Source of the DNA: Chrysomallon squamiferum
Taxonomy: Eukaryota > Animalia > Mollusca
Length of the DNA stretch: 64,000 nucleotides
Reading direction: 5' to 3'
NCBI GenBank assembly: GCA_012295275.1
Contig: CM022666.1
Location: 5,766,001-5,830,000 of the forward strand
Position numbers and translations under genes: made by a program. The first letter of the stretch is position 1, and every line of letters begins with the position of its first letter. The notes under the pieces are model-generated. The model worked only from the letters and a program-made list of their open reading frames with translations, had not been told where the DNA came from and did not search any database. Shown one piece after another: positions 1-11,801 of this stretch.

Positions 1-1119
1 TTTATTATTTTTGTTTTATCATGTTAAGATTCCCTTTTCGTTTTTTGATCCTGTTTACTAAGTGTTGATTTGTTCAGAGATATTTAATATGTTGACAGCA
101 TTTTGTACTGAATGTGCGGAAACTATTTTTTACAGTTAAGTATTTTTATTTTTTTTTCCCAAGCTGAAGTTTTTTGATAAACACAGCTTCTTGCATGGAA
201 TAATGTGCCTACACATTTTTTGTAAAAAAATATTTTATTTATTTTTTTTTTTTTTTTTTTAAACGCCTTATTCAAAATTGTGCATTTGATTTTGTGTTTT
301 ATTTTATTTCATTTTATGTGGATTTTTTTTTTTTTTTTTTTTTTCAGTTTGTTTGGATTTAATTAATATGCATTGCAAACTTTATTTTTTAAGTTTATTT
401 ATATTGTTTTGTCAGTTTATTTTCCTTTCATTGTAATTAAATTAAATTTTATTTGTATTAACTTTTACCATTAATTCATATATATATATACATATAAAAT
501 GTATATCGATTTTATTTGTTTTAATTTTCAATAATCTTTTTTTTTCAGTTTGTTTTATTTTCTTATTTTCTTATTTGTGTGAAATTTATGATTTTGAAGA
601 CCATGAATTTATTTATGTGTTATGAATTTATTTAAATTTTTTAATCCTGTTCAACACACCTTACACAAATACACAGAGATTTATAAAATAACATGTTCAT
701 CACAGAGATTTTTTATTTTTTCTCTCACACACACACACACACACACACATATGCACACAGACACAAACAGGTCACACACACAAATTAACCCTAATTATGT
801 TTTTCCTTCAGGAAAAATTAAGTCACGTAAGTTGCCTGGGATTGAAAGGGTTAATTGTCTCATAACTGCATATCTCGTAGATGCAAACAAAACTAGTTTG
901 TTCTATTTTTCTTCATGTATTAAATTTTTGAAGCATGTTTTTTTTTAAATTAATTGTTTGCGTTTTCTCCCCCATAAACTTGAAAGTTTATTCATTAGCA
1001 TGTAAATATATATATATGTATTTATTTATATTTATTTTTATTTTTATTTTTATTATTTTTATTTTTATTATTTTTATTTTTTGTTTTTTGTTGCAAGGGT
1101 GTGAAATAAGTTTCAACTA

Positions 1120-1839
1120 CAGTGGTAACTTGACTTATGAGTTTATTTCATTCCCTGGCCGAGCTTGTAAGTCAGTTTGCTTGTATATGAAATCAGTTTT
1201 CCTAACTGAAATTAATTGAAATACCATTAATTCGTTCCAGCCCCCCAAAAACCACCCCATTATTTTGTAACATGTGTTAAAGGACATAAGAAAAATGTAT
1301 CTATAAATGACAAATATTGTATAAAAAAAAAAAATAAAAAATAAAAGAGGATGTAAAGAAATAAATTGGTTTTGTAAAGTGTACAGGGTTAGGGTTTCTC
1401 CATCTTTTCGTGGACAGAGGCCCACAGCTTAGAAATTATTTTAACACCTTTCGCCGAAGTTACAGCTTTTATCGACTCCTGCTTCAGTATGGTATATATA
1501 TCGGAAAAGTACTACGCATACTGCCTAGCCAAGTCAACTACATGCACACCTCGCTTATGTTTTTATATGATTTCATGCTTTAATTCAATGGATATCATCG
1601 GCTTCTTCTCCTCAGCACTGTCCTTTGCACTCATTTTCTTAAGATCTATGGAAATGTGGCCAAAAACTGCACAGAACTCTAGCACAACACAACAGAAATG
1701 CTTCCACAGCGAGGTAACCATGTGAATCAAACAAATGAGACTTAGGATGCTGGGTGGGTGTTGTGTTGTTCGTTGTGCCAACTAGCTCATAAGTCAGAAA
1801 ACTCACAAGTTGGTGCACTTGTATGTCAAGGTACCACTG
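1120..1839 (-). mobile_element. Internally deleted Tigger/pogo (Tc1-mariner superfamily) DNA transposon
   Basis: Left end TA|CAGTGGTAACTTGACTTATGAGT (1120) and reverse complement of the right end CAGTGGTACCTTGACATACAAGT (1839) match at 19/23. TA is present on the left; the right TA has decayed. Encloses a transposase relic. Confidence 0.85.
1392..1649 (-). pseudogene. Relic of Tigger-type (TIGD1/CENP-B-like) transposase N-terminal HTH domain
   Basis: One frame reads IDLKKMSAKDSAEEKKPMISIELKHEII*KHKRGVHVVDLARQYA*YFSDIYTILKQESIKAVTSAKGVKIISKLWASVHEKMEKP*, which I recognise as a Tigger transposase N-terminus. Has internal stops; no DDD domain. Confidence 0.85.
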
Positions 1840-3256
1840 GAAATGAAAATGTTTAATAGTACCAGCCCACTAGCAGTTTTTAACATCTCATCTGTAATGA
1901 AATTTGTAAATAATACAAGAATTTCTGAATTTACTTTGAATTCACCATTCTGGGCAAAAAAAAAATAAAAAAACTTTAAATACAATTTCAAGTTGAAATC
2001 TACTCTGTTTTGACTTTGGCAACCCATTAATACTGACTCAAGTTGCATGGAGTAGGTATTTTTAAAATATTACCACAGAAAGATTTTTCTGTTAAAGAAT
2101 TTATTCCAAATTGTCGTAGGTAGCTTCATTGCTAAATTTAATTTTCTTTTTCTTTTTCTTATTTAATGTTTTATTTATTTATTTATTTATTATCTCTTTT
2201 TTATTGATTTTGTTTTTTAAATTATTGTTATTATTATTTTTTTAATTTATATATATATATATAGACATTATTTTTTTTATTTTTATTTTTTAATCTAGTG
2301 GGTAAATTTATTTCACACCCAGACATTATAATTAAGTCAAATAAAAATTCTTTGTGTTTCAGCTGCATGGTACAATGGCTGAAAAGATGATAATTGGCAA
2401 AATTTATAATAAATACCCAAATGTTTTATTATTGTAACTAAAATGTTTTATTATTATCATTTTTAATTTTTTTTTTTAAACATTTTTTATGATGTGAAAA
2501 TTAAGAAATTAATTCGTATCACTTAATGATAAATTAAGCATTTTAATCTTTTTGTAGCTTTAAACGTTATTGTCTATTTATTTAATGTTTTGTGCTCAAT
2601 AATTATAATAACTATTTTACTAATTAAGGTGACTAAATGTAAAATTAGTTTGATTCGTTATTGTTTACTTAGTGTTTTTAATGTTGTATATAATAAATAT
2701 TAATTTAAATGTTAAAATTAACACATAATGTGAAATTCTGATTTAATTGATGTTGTTTTTGTTTTTTTAATTAAAATGATACAGTTGCATGATTTATTTT
2801 TTCTATCTTGTTTGATTCAAACTGTTTGAAATTTGATAATCTTGAAAAGAAGAGAAATTAAAATATTTAAGAAAAAAGTGACAAAATTAATAATAATAAT
2901 AATAAAATCAAATAAACACAAAATAGCATTGCTATTAATATAAATTTACATTTATTTTGCTTTGAAATAAGTGCATCTTTATTTATTTAAAATATTATAT
3001 TTACTTAATATATAATCAAATGAAATATATTCTGAAAAAGTATAAAATATTCCAGTTTTGATTGTTGATATTATTACTTCATTGCACTGTTTATAAACCT
3101 TAATAGGGCCCTTCACAGAACTTAACTTTCAAAATATTCCTGTACTCTACAATTAAATTATATTGTATAAATGTTTTGTAAAATGCATTTTAATATAATA
3201 TAATGTTTTAGCCCATTATTTCACAAATAATTTTTTACCCAGACATCAGTAGGTTC

Positions 3257-3305
<49 letters not shown>

Positions 3306-3699
3306 CTTGATCTCACAACACACTTGATTTAAGAATAACAATAAATTGAAATTAATAATTTAGGATATACATTCATGTAAAAAAAAAAAAAAAAAAATAA
3401 ATAAAATAATTATAAAATAAAAAAAATAAGTTACAAAAATAAATTGTTAACTAAAAATAATTGTGAATATTTAAAAAAAAAGAAATAAAAAGGTAAGAAA
3501 TACAAAATTTAAGAAAAAGTGCAGATAATTTCACATAAAGAGAAATTTTGTATGTCTAAATTTTGAAACAAATAACATTTAAAAAAGAAAAATGAATTTA
3601 AAAAAAAAAAATTATAATTTGCTTTGGCACTGTTGTCTGTTGACTGGCTATTGCTTTCTGCTTTATGGCATTTCCATAGGTGATAAACCATTGTAATTT

Positions 3700-3960
3700 G
3701 CATAATTAATGCAAATTAAAATGATTTATGACCATAATTAATGCAGTCACATGACATAATTACCATAATTTATGTCAGCATTGTCATATCCAGTTATCAT
3801 AATTTATGCCACATTATGACCCCATTATCGTAATGTAATAGTTTACAGTTATATTATATCACTTCACATTACATTTACATATGTTATTATTTAACACATA
3901 ATCACATTTACAGTTAATATTATACATTTACACATTTTATCATAATTTATGTTTTATTAT
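3700..3960. repeat. Degenerate tandem repeat (CATAATTTATG / CACATT motifs)
   Basis: Recurrent cataattaatg/cataatttatg and cacatt(t)aca motifs. Confidence 0.5.
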
Positions 3961-4731
3961 AATACTGAGAAAGTTGTTAATGAATTCTTATCAGTTTAAA
4001 CATACATTTTGATAGACATAAGGGTATAATAAAATTTATAATAAAGGTATATTGTAAAAAAAAAAAAAAAAAAAAATATTAAATTTAAAGATAATTTTAA
4101 GAATATCTTAATTATGTAAAATATTAATAAAATATGATGAAAAAGTAATAAGTTTCTACAATCTAAGCAAAAAGTTTAATTATATTAAAGATATTAAGAA
4201 AAATTTAAAAAGCATTAATAAAAATAAATGTAAAAAAGAATGTTTGAGAAAGCCAACTGTAATTATTAAATTATAAAGAATGTTTTTATTCTCTCAATCA
4301 TTGATTACTGAAATCATATTTTTGTGCATTACTATTCTGTGATTTTTTCTTTGAATTATTGAGTTCTGTAAATATTTATCTTTTGCTTAACTTTTTAATT
4401 CCAGAAAAAAAAAGAAAAAAAGAGCTTTTTATTTATGAAATTATTACTTCAACTCTAATTTTGATATATGATTTGTTCTGTTTCATTTGTTCTTTTCTTT
4501 TCTTTTATCTTTTTTCAAACTTTGTGTTTTTCTTCATTTTTCTATTTATTCTTTTTTCTTTCTTTCTTTTTATTCCAGTTAAGTTCTTTCTTTCAACTGA
4601 TTTTTCTCTTTTTTTTTCTTTTTTTTTAATTTCTCTCTTCATTCTTTTTTCTTTTCCATTTTTTTTCTTCCCTCCTAATCTGATTTAACTTTTTTTTTTT
4701 TTTCTTTCATAATTAATTTTGTTATTTTTAG

Positions 4732-4841
4732 GTTCTTACCCTCAAGGCTGCGCATCGTTTGGGAGAATTTCACCAAATATTGCTGCAGAAGAATCAGGAA
4801 TTAAGGACGACTCTGGAATGCAGGATGTCCAGTATACAGAG
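4732..4841 (+). CDS. DOCK9: DOCK9/10/11 (zizimin) internal exon
   Basis: tttttag|...|gtaact; (G)SYPQGCASFGRISPNIAAEESGIKDDSGMQDVQYTE resembles DOCK9 QGC..F..I.PNI.EE..GMQDV; 110 nt = 2 + 36 codons. Confidence 0.92.
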
Positions 4842-5021
4842 GTAACTGAATTTAAAACTAAATGTAAATAGTCTTTATAACGAATTCTCATCTAAATTAA
4901 AGTATAATTTTTATTATTTTATTGCTACTACATATCTATATTGTCATTTTTTTAAATTCTAAAATTTTGTTTTGTTGTTGTTATTATTATTATTATTATT
5001 AATATTATTATTATTATTATA

Positions 5022-5055
<34 letters not shown>

Positions 5056-5456
5056 GACTAATGTATTTTTGAACTTGTTAATCTTAATATATTTTGAAGT
5101 AATTCCTAATAATAAAGTATGATTTTTAACTGCTTAGCAAATTAATATAATCTGGAATTTTTTCTTCAGTTCTGTTTATAAAATAACAATAAAGAGAGAG
5201 GGTGTGTTTGAGATCAACTGAATTATATAAAATATACTGAAGCAGTTTGTACATAGCACCAGAAATACTCCTTGTAATCAAAAAATATGCGAAATTATGA
5301 CCTTAAAATGTAAAAATAAAATTTCTCATTAAGGTATGAACTACTCCATAGTAATGCAGTAGTACACCATACATAACACACATTAAATTAGTTCTTATGA
5401 CATGTTGAGTTTAACATTAAAAATGATGATGTTTAAAAATGATGTTGTTGCTGCAG

Positions 5457-5579
5457 GACACACTGGTTGAGGTGTTGGAAGACGCTGCTAAGTACCTGGA
5501 GAAAGCCGAGAGATACGAAACCCTGGGAGAAGTGTACAAAATAGTCATCCCCATCTACGAGAAGAAGCGAGACTTCAAG
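5457..5579 (+). CDS. DOCK9: DOCK9/10/11 exon (DHR-2 lobe A)
   Basis: ctgcag|DTLVEVLEDAAKYLEKAERYETLGEVYKIVIPIYEKKRDFK|gtttac; 41 codons. Confidence 0.95.
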
Positions 5580-6252
5580 GTTTACAAATAAATAAATAAA
5601 TAAATAAACAAATAAATAAATAAACAAATAAATAAATAAACAAATAAGTAACATGTATACGTATATCAGATATTTTCCCTGGCATTTATTTCTCTATCTT
5701 TGTCACGTTTTCTTATTGCGATTATTTTGTCACTCACTCACACTTTTTACTTCTGATTCTTTCATTCCAATATGCACAAATATAAGCTTGCATTTTTGGG
5801 GGGTTTTGTTAGTACTTACTCTGTTCAGGCATTCATCCACTGTTTCATCTATCATTTCATTGAATTTGTTGCAGGTTTTTAAATTTTGTCCGTCATTCCT
5901 TTTCTCAGTCAGTTTCATTTATTTTATCTTGATAATTCCCTTGTATAATAACATACCCATTCTTCAACCCATCTTTCCAATCTATCCATTTATCTTTTGC
6001 ACATTCGTCCATCCATCCATACATCATATAACTTGTCATCCATCCATCCATCACTATGTACATACACTTGCTGCTAAACTGGAAGTACGACAATAGGTTT
6101 TTTCATCATTATCTGAGTAATCTTTAACCATTTGTCCATCACCTCATACGTAACTGTAAATAAAACTTGTTGATTGATTCAAATAAAAGATTTCCTTTTT
6201 ACCATTTTATACATCCATTCACCATTTCAAGTGTATATTTTTGTTACTATAG

Positions 6253-6366
6253 AAACTGGAGTCATGTTACAGCTGCTTGTCAGAGGCCTACAAGAAAATA
6301 CAAGAAGTGATGACGTCTGGAAAAAGACTCCTTGGTTCTTACTTCCGTGTGGCTTTCTTTGGTCAG
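6253..6366 (+). CDS. DOCK9: DOCK9/10/11 exon (DHR-2)
   Basis: ctatag|[38 protein letters not shown]|gtaaaa; hallmark [14 protein letters not shown]. Confidence 0.96.
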
Positions 6367-7144
6367 GTAAAATAACAAGATATATTCTCTATTTGTGATT
6401 GAATGTTCTGGCTGTTTGGCTTGTTTTAGTAGAGTTTTTAATCATTTGAAACAGAGCAGAAAAGATGTTTCATTTGGTAGAAGGAATGGGATGGGCTCAG
6501 TTTGTAGTGAAAGTTTTACAGTTGCCGAGGTTTTTTTTTTTTTTTTGTTTGTAGTTGTTGATGTTGTTGTTATTGTGGCAGTTGTTATTATTATTATACA
6601 TTTTTGGGGTTATGTGTGATTTTATCTTCAGTTTCTTTTTTGGTATTTTGAAAGCAAAATTAGTTAATTGGTTTACTGCTGTTGTTAATTTATTTATTTA
6701 TTTATTTACTAATATTATTATTATTATTATTATTATTTTGCTTTGTTATTCTTATTGTAAATAATTATATATTAATTTTTTCTTTATTGTTGTTTATTTT
6801 GTTATACCTATTATTATAAGAATAATTATTATTATAATTTGTATTTATTTTATTTATTTATTTATTTATTTATTTTTGCTTTTATTGTTATTCTTATTGT
6901 AATAATGATTATGATAGTATTATTTTAATTCATTAATTATACATTACTGTCATGGTCGTTCTAATTATTATTATTATTATTATTATTATTATTGTCATTA
7001 TCATTATCATTATTATTATCATTATTATTATTAACAAAACCACTACCTCACTATTATTATTGTTATTATCATTACAACAATTAACATCATCAACATCATC
7101 ATCATCATCAAAGCCTATAATAACTGACATGTAACAATTGACAG

Positions 7145-7291
7145 ACTTACTTTGAGGATTTGGATGGACAAGAATACATCTACAAGGAGCCCAACGTGAC
7201 AAACCTGACAGAAATCTGCGAGCGACTGCACACCGTGTTCACAGACAAATATGGCAAAGACACTGTCAGACTCATCAAAGACTCTGCCAAG
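7145..7291 (+). CDS. DOCK9: DOCK9/10/11 exon (DHR-2 lobe B)
   Basis: tgacag|TYFEDLDGQEYIYKEPNVTNLTEICERLHTVFTDKYGKDTVRLIKDSAK|gttaga; EYIYKEP motif; 49 codons. Confidence 0.96.
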
Positions 7292-7999
7292 GTTAGAATG
7301 GGAAAAAAATAACTTCATTACCAGATTTTTTTTTTTATTTAAATGTTATAATATATTGATCCACTTTGGTGCATTAAAATGTGTTAGCAAAAAACGTCAG
7401 TGAAGATTTCAAAGTGGGAGTTGTTTGAAACGTGTGCCTGAACCTGTGTGTTTGTGTGTGTACTCACACCACACACACATACCACACACACACATACAAA
7501 TACACAAATACATACACACATACATATATATTTTTGATTTTTGATTATTTTTAATTTACATTGTTTTATCTGGTTGTACGTCAAACAGTGTCTCTTTCTA
7601 TAATATATGTACACAGGAATATTTTGTAAATGTTATTAGAAAGACTGATTTCTTTTTATTCTTTTATAACCACCTTAATTTGTACAAGACACTCCCCCAA
7701 CATATGTAAAATGTACTTACATAGATTAAAATTTACATACTCATACCTGCTTTCTTTCTTTCTTTTGTTTTTTTTTGTTTTTTTCTTTGTTATATAGTTA
7801 ACATTGTCAAGTCTTTGTAACATACTAGTACTAATTAGGGTCAGCTTCAAAACAAATATGTTTTGACTAATCTGAAGTATCTAATTTTATCCACATATAA
7901 TACATCCAATGTGTATTGTTAATATTGCCAATATTTTAACGTTCCTATGGTTACAGACACGTGCTCGTTCATTCATTCGTTCATTCATTTTGCGTTCAG

Positions 8000-8210
8000 G
8001 TTGACCCCAGTGACCTTGACCCCAAGTATGCTCACATCCAGATCACTCATGTGATACCCTACTTTGATGACAAGGAGCTGCTGGAGAGACTGACTCACTT
8101 TGAGAGGAACAACAACATCCGGTGTTTCATGTATGAGACTCCATTCACGAAGGACGGTAAATCCCGCGGAGACATCAGTCAGCAGTGTAAAAGAAGAACA
8201 ATTCTGAAAA
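8000..8210 (+). CDS. DOCK9: DOCK9/10/11 exon (DHR-2 lobe B)
   Basis: gttcag|[70 protein letters not shown]+A|gtgagt; 70 codons + 1. Confidence 0.96.
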
Positions 8211-8665
8211 GTGAGTAGAATTTCCCATTCCAGACAGTGTCTCATAGTCTGATTTATCAGAGATTAAGAGGTGTGTGTTCTTAGACTTTTGAAAAAAAAA
8301 ACTTGAAGTAAGATCATTGAGTAGTGTAAAAGAAGAACAATTCTGAAAAGTGAGTAGAATTTCCCATTCCAGCTAATATCTCATAGATTGATTTGTTAGA
8401 GACTAAGGCATCTGCTCTTTGTCTTTTGGAAAACCTTATGGTGACATTAGCAGTGTTTAAAAGAAGAATTATTTTGAAAAGTGAGTAGAATTTCCCGATC
8501 CAACCAGAACAAAAAAAAATAGGTTTATCAGTGACTAAGGTATGTGTTTGCTATTCTGTTGTCAACAGATAATGAAAAACCTTACAGTAACATCATTCAG
8601 AAGTATAAAAAAAAATCTGCTTTATAAATAAAGTAAGTAGTATTTCCCAATCCAAACCAGCACTC
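8171..8665 (+). repeat. Four diverged ~130-150 bp tandem copies of the exon end and splice donor
   Basis: AAAAGAAGAACAATTCTGAAAA|GTGAGTAGAATTTCCCATTCC recurs, with donor GT at 8211 (real), 8350, 8481 and 8633. Confidence 0.9.
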
Positions 8666-8765
8666 AAAGATTGGTGTATGCAAGATTTTTTTTTTTATCT
8701 GTTATAGCATATACACAGCAGTTATTTCTAAAACGATCTAAATTTAAATTTTTTTGTTTTTTCAG

Positions 8766-8956
8766 CTGCTCAGACATTCCCTTACATCAAGAAACGGATT
8801 CTCGTCAAGGAAAGAAAAGAAGTAGTTCTGCAGCCAATCGAAGTCGCCATAGACGAGATTCAGAAGAAAGTGCGTGACATCCGAGAACTTGTCAGTGCCT
8901 CATCTCCCGATCTGATCAAGCTCCAGTTAGCCCTGTCAGGAAGCATAGCAACACAG
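8766..8956 (+). CDS. DOCK9: DOCK9/10/11 exon (DHR-2 lobe C)
   Basis: tttcag|(T)AQTFPYIKKRILVKERKEVVLQPIEVAIDEIQKKVRDIRELVSASSPDLIKLQLALSGSIATQ|gtaaaa; FPYIKKR and PIEVAIDE motifs. Confidence 0.96.
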
Positions 8957-9152
8957 GTAAAACATTCACTTAATTACACAGGTAAGTCATTTTTCAGGTA
9001 AACTAATTACATAGGTAAGACATTCTACAGGTAACTTAATTACAGAGGTGAGACATTTTACAGGTAAATTAATTACACAGATAAGATATTTTACAGGTAA
9101 ATTAATTACATAGGTAAGAAATTTTACAGGTAAGACATTTTACAGGTAACTT
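8951..9152 (+). repeat. 33-bp (16+17) minisatellite made of splice-donor motifs
   Basis: Unit about TTAATTACACAGGTAAGACATTTTACAGGTAAA; starts at the real donor. Confidence 0.9.
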
Positions 9153-9304
9153 ATTTTGTTAATTCAGCTGTGATTTATTTGTTTTTATTATTTTATTTTT
9201 CACAATTGTAATATAATTATTTGATAGTATATGTTACATGTATGTAACATAGTTACCTAATTTAGTTAATGAATCTATTGTAATTTATGTTCTTCGTTTG
9301 CCAG

Positions 9305-9405
9305 GTCAATGCAGGACCTCTGGCTTACGCTGAAGCTTTTCTGAATCCTCAGATTGTTGAGAATTACAAACAGCAGAAAGTGGATGCCTTGAAAAATGTG
9401 TTTAG
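9305..9405 (+). CDS. DOCK9: DOCK9/10/11 exon containing the nucleotide-sensor valine
   Basis: tgccag|[33 protein letters not shown]+AG|gtaaga; VNAGPLAYA is the DOCK-D catalytic motif. Confidence 0.96.
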
Positions 9406-9424
9406 GTAAGACTGATGTTTTTCA

Positions 9425-9802
9425 GTAGTCTTTGATAGTCTTTAATATTCTTGATAGCTTTGATAGTTTTTGATAGCTTTGGTAGTCATTAATACTCTTT
9501 GATTGTCTTGATAATCCATAACTGTCTTTGATAGTCTTTGATTGTCTTGATAATCTTTGATAGTCTTTGATAGCCATAAATAGTCTTGATAACCTCAATA
9601 GCCTTTGGATAGTCTTTGATAGTCTTTGATTGTCTTGATAATTCATGATAGTCTTTGATAGCAATAAATAGTCTTGATAACCTTGATAGCCTTTGGATAG
9701 TCTCTGATAGTCTTTGATTGTCTTGATAATCTTTGATAGTCTTTGATAACCATAAAGAGTCTTTAAAAACTTGATAGCCTTTGGATAGGCATTGATAGCC
9801 TG
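9425..9802. repeat. ~10-bp GATAGTCTTT tandem repeat filling the intron
   Basis: Repeated (t)tgatagtct(t)/tgattgtct/tgataat variants. Confidence 0.9.
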
Positions 9803-9839
9803 TGAAAACAAGCAGTGATTATTTGTTTTGTGATTTCAG

Positions 9840-9978
9840 GGAGTTTGCTAATGTCTGTAAAGAAGGACTGGAGCTGAATGCTCAGCTGATTACCACAGAC
9901 CAGAAAGAGTATCACGAATCACTGAAAATAGGCTTCACTGAAACCATAGAGAGACTGTCTGTTTTGTTTGGTGAAAAG
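9840..9978 (+). CDS. DOCK9: DOCK9/10/11 exon (end of DHR-2)
   Basis: tttcag|(R)EFANVCKEGLELNAQLITTDQKEYHESLKIGFTETIERLSVLFGEK|gtaaaa; 1 + 46 codons. Confidence 0.95.
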
Positions 9979-10313
9979 GTAAAAAAAAAAAAATATATAT
10001 ACTCACTGTCTGGTGGATGTGGGGTGGGGTGAGGTGTTTGGAGTGTATTTTCATACTAATCTTGTTAAAGGGTTCCGTAATCAAAATGATTATATGTATA
10101 TATATATTGTACTGGTTTTTGTGACTGCATTTTTGTGTGGGGGGTTTGTTGTTGTTTTTTTGTTTTTTTTGTTGCTGTTATTGTTTTTGATTTATATGTT
10201 TATTTGGGTTCATTTTTTGTAAAAATTATTTTTTTATTTATCAGTTACCACTGTTAACACATTTTATATATTTATCACTCTTACCATGAATTACCAACAT
10301 TTCATCATCTTTT

Positions 10314-10349
<36 letters not shown>

Positions 10350-10519
10350 TATATTTATTTCACAAATATACAAGAATGGTTTTCTGTGACTCAGTATATT
10401 ATTATTGCAATGTAGAAGACACTGCAGTCTTAAAACAGTTTTTATTTCAGATATTTGTTTTTAAATCCAGTTAAAACACTTCCATTAAATTTTCTCTTCT
10501 TACGACATCATTTTGACCA

Positions 10520-10660
10520 TTTCCCATTCTACCCACTACTCCAACATTGTGTTCCAAAGTCTGTGGTATGTGCTGCCATGTTATGGAAAGTATATCTAAA
10601 CAATCCCATGATCATAATTGAAAAATGTAATGGTTTCCTGTAGAGGACTTCAATACATGA
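10520..10660 (+). mobile_element. Diverged Meta-SINE-like relic
   Basis: CAAAGTCTGTGGTATGTGCTGCC...AAACAATCCCATG...GAAAAATGTAATGGTTTCC resembles the Meta-domain consensus as I recall it (CAAAGGCCGTGGTATGTGCTATCC...AAAAGATCCCTTG). Related inverted copies occur elsewhere in the window. Confidence 0.6.
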
Positions 10661-11454
10661 TGGTATGAGAAGAAATCCATCATCATTATGTGGATAGGTT
10701 TTATTAATATGCAACAAGACTACCATATTGAGAAACAGCAAGGCATCTTTTTTATGTAGTTCTAGGTAGATAGGAAAGCACGTTCTGTGGCTTCAGATGA
10801 GCTGCTGGTCAGACTGGGAAATAGCCCATTGAATGCACTAAGAAAGGTTGATGCTGTGATCTACCATGTCCCATTGTTAAGAAATTTGTAGATGTTTAAC
10901 TTTCAAAAAATATAGAAATAATATAGCTGAAAAATTACCATTCTGTTATGTGATATCAAAAAATAAATAAATAAATAAATAAATAAATTAAAATTAAAAT
11001 GTTCACACTAAAAGTACTAACACTTTGAACAAATCCAGTTCAGATGAAAAATAAAAAAAAATCTTTTTTTATTTGTTGAATTTGGCAATACCACAAGTTT
11101 AGGTAAGAAACAGATTTGTCAAAACCACGGAGGGTATTTCAAAATAACATCCTAATTTAAATGAGTGAAGTTTTGAAAATTTTGTATACAGTTTTGAGAA
11201 TTCCAAATCTTTTTCTTCTTCTTTATTTTCATTTTTATTTATTATTTTATTTGTTTTTGTCTTGTTTTTGTTTCATAATATTAACTCCTTGGGATTTTAT
11301 ATATGCGCAGTCCCATATTCAGGGTAACACATACCAAGGGTTTTGAAATACTAATATTGCTTATCTGCAATCATGCGACAGTAAACCAGATTAATAACAT
11401 GATAATGCATCTGCATTACCCACTCTCTGCAAATTAATCCAATAGGAACTTCTC

Positions 11455-11650
11455 TGCTGCCACTAATTCTGGGCTTTAAACAAGACTAAATTTCTCCAGC
11501 TACTGATTTTAGGCTATAAATGAGACTAAATTTAATCTGCCACTAAGCCTAGCTTTAAACAAGATTAAATTTCTCCAGCTACTGATTTTAGGCTATAAAA
11601 GAAACTAAATTTCATCTGCCATTAATTCTAGGCTATAAGCAAGAAGCAAA
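11455..11650. repeat. ~40-bp tandem repeat with 79-bp dimer periodicity
   Basis: CTCCAGCTACTGATTTTAGGCTATAAA at about 11495 and 11574, alternating with CTGCCACTAA...TTTAAACAAG. Confidence 0.8.
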
Positions 11651-11801
11651 TTTTTTTTTTTTTTTTTTACCCATTGCTTATGCTAGGCTTTCAGTTCCTG
11701 GTTAACTACTGTAATGTTTTGTCACAGTAGAAGGGCACAGGTGATCACAAATCAGCAGTTCTTTAAGTCATTGCAGCACATGGTTTTGAAATATCCTCTG
11801 T

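Noticed and set aside
1385-1396. Telomere-like AGGGTTAGGGTT
   Set aside because: Only two units; too short to call an interstitial telomere.
9422-9811. 129-aa minus-strand ORF (DYQRLSK repeats)
   Set aside because: Translation of the 10-bp intronic tandem repeat, antisense to DOCK.
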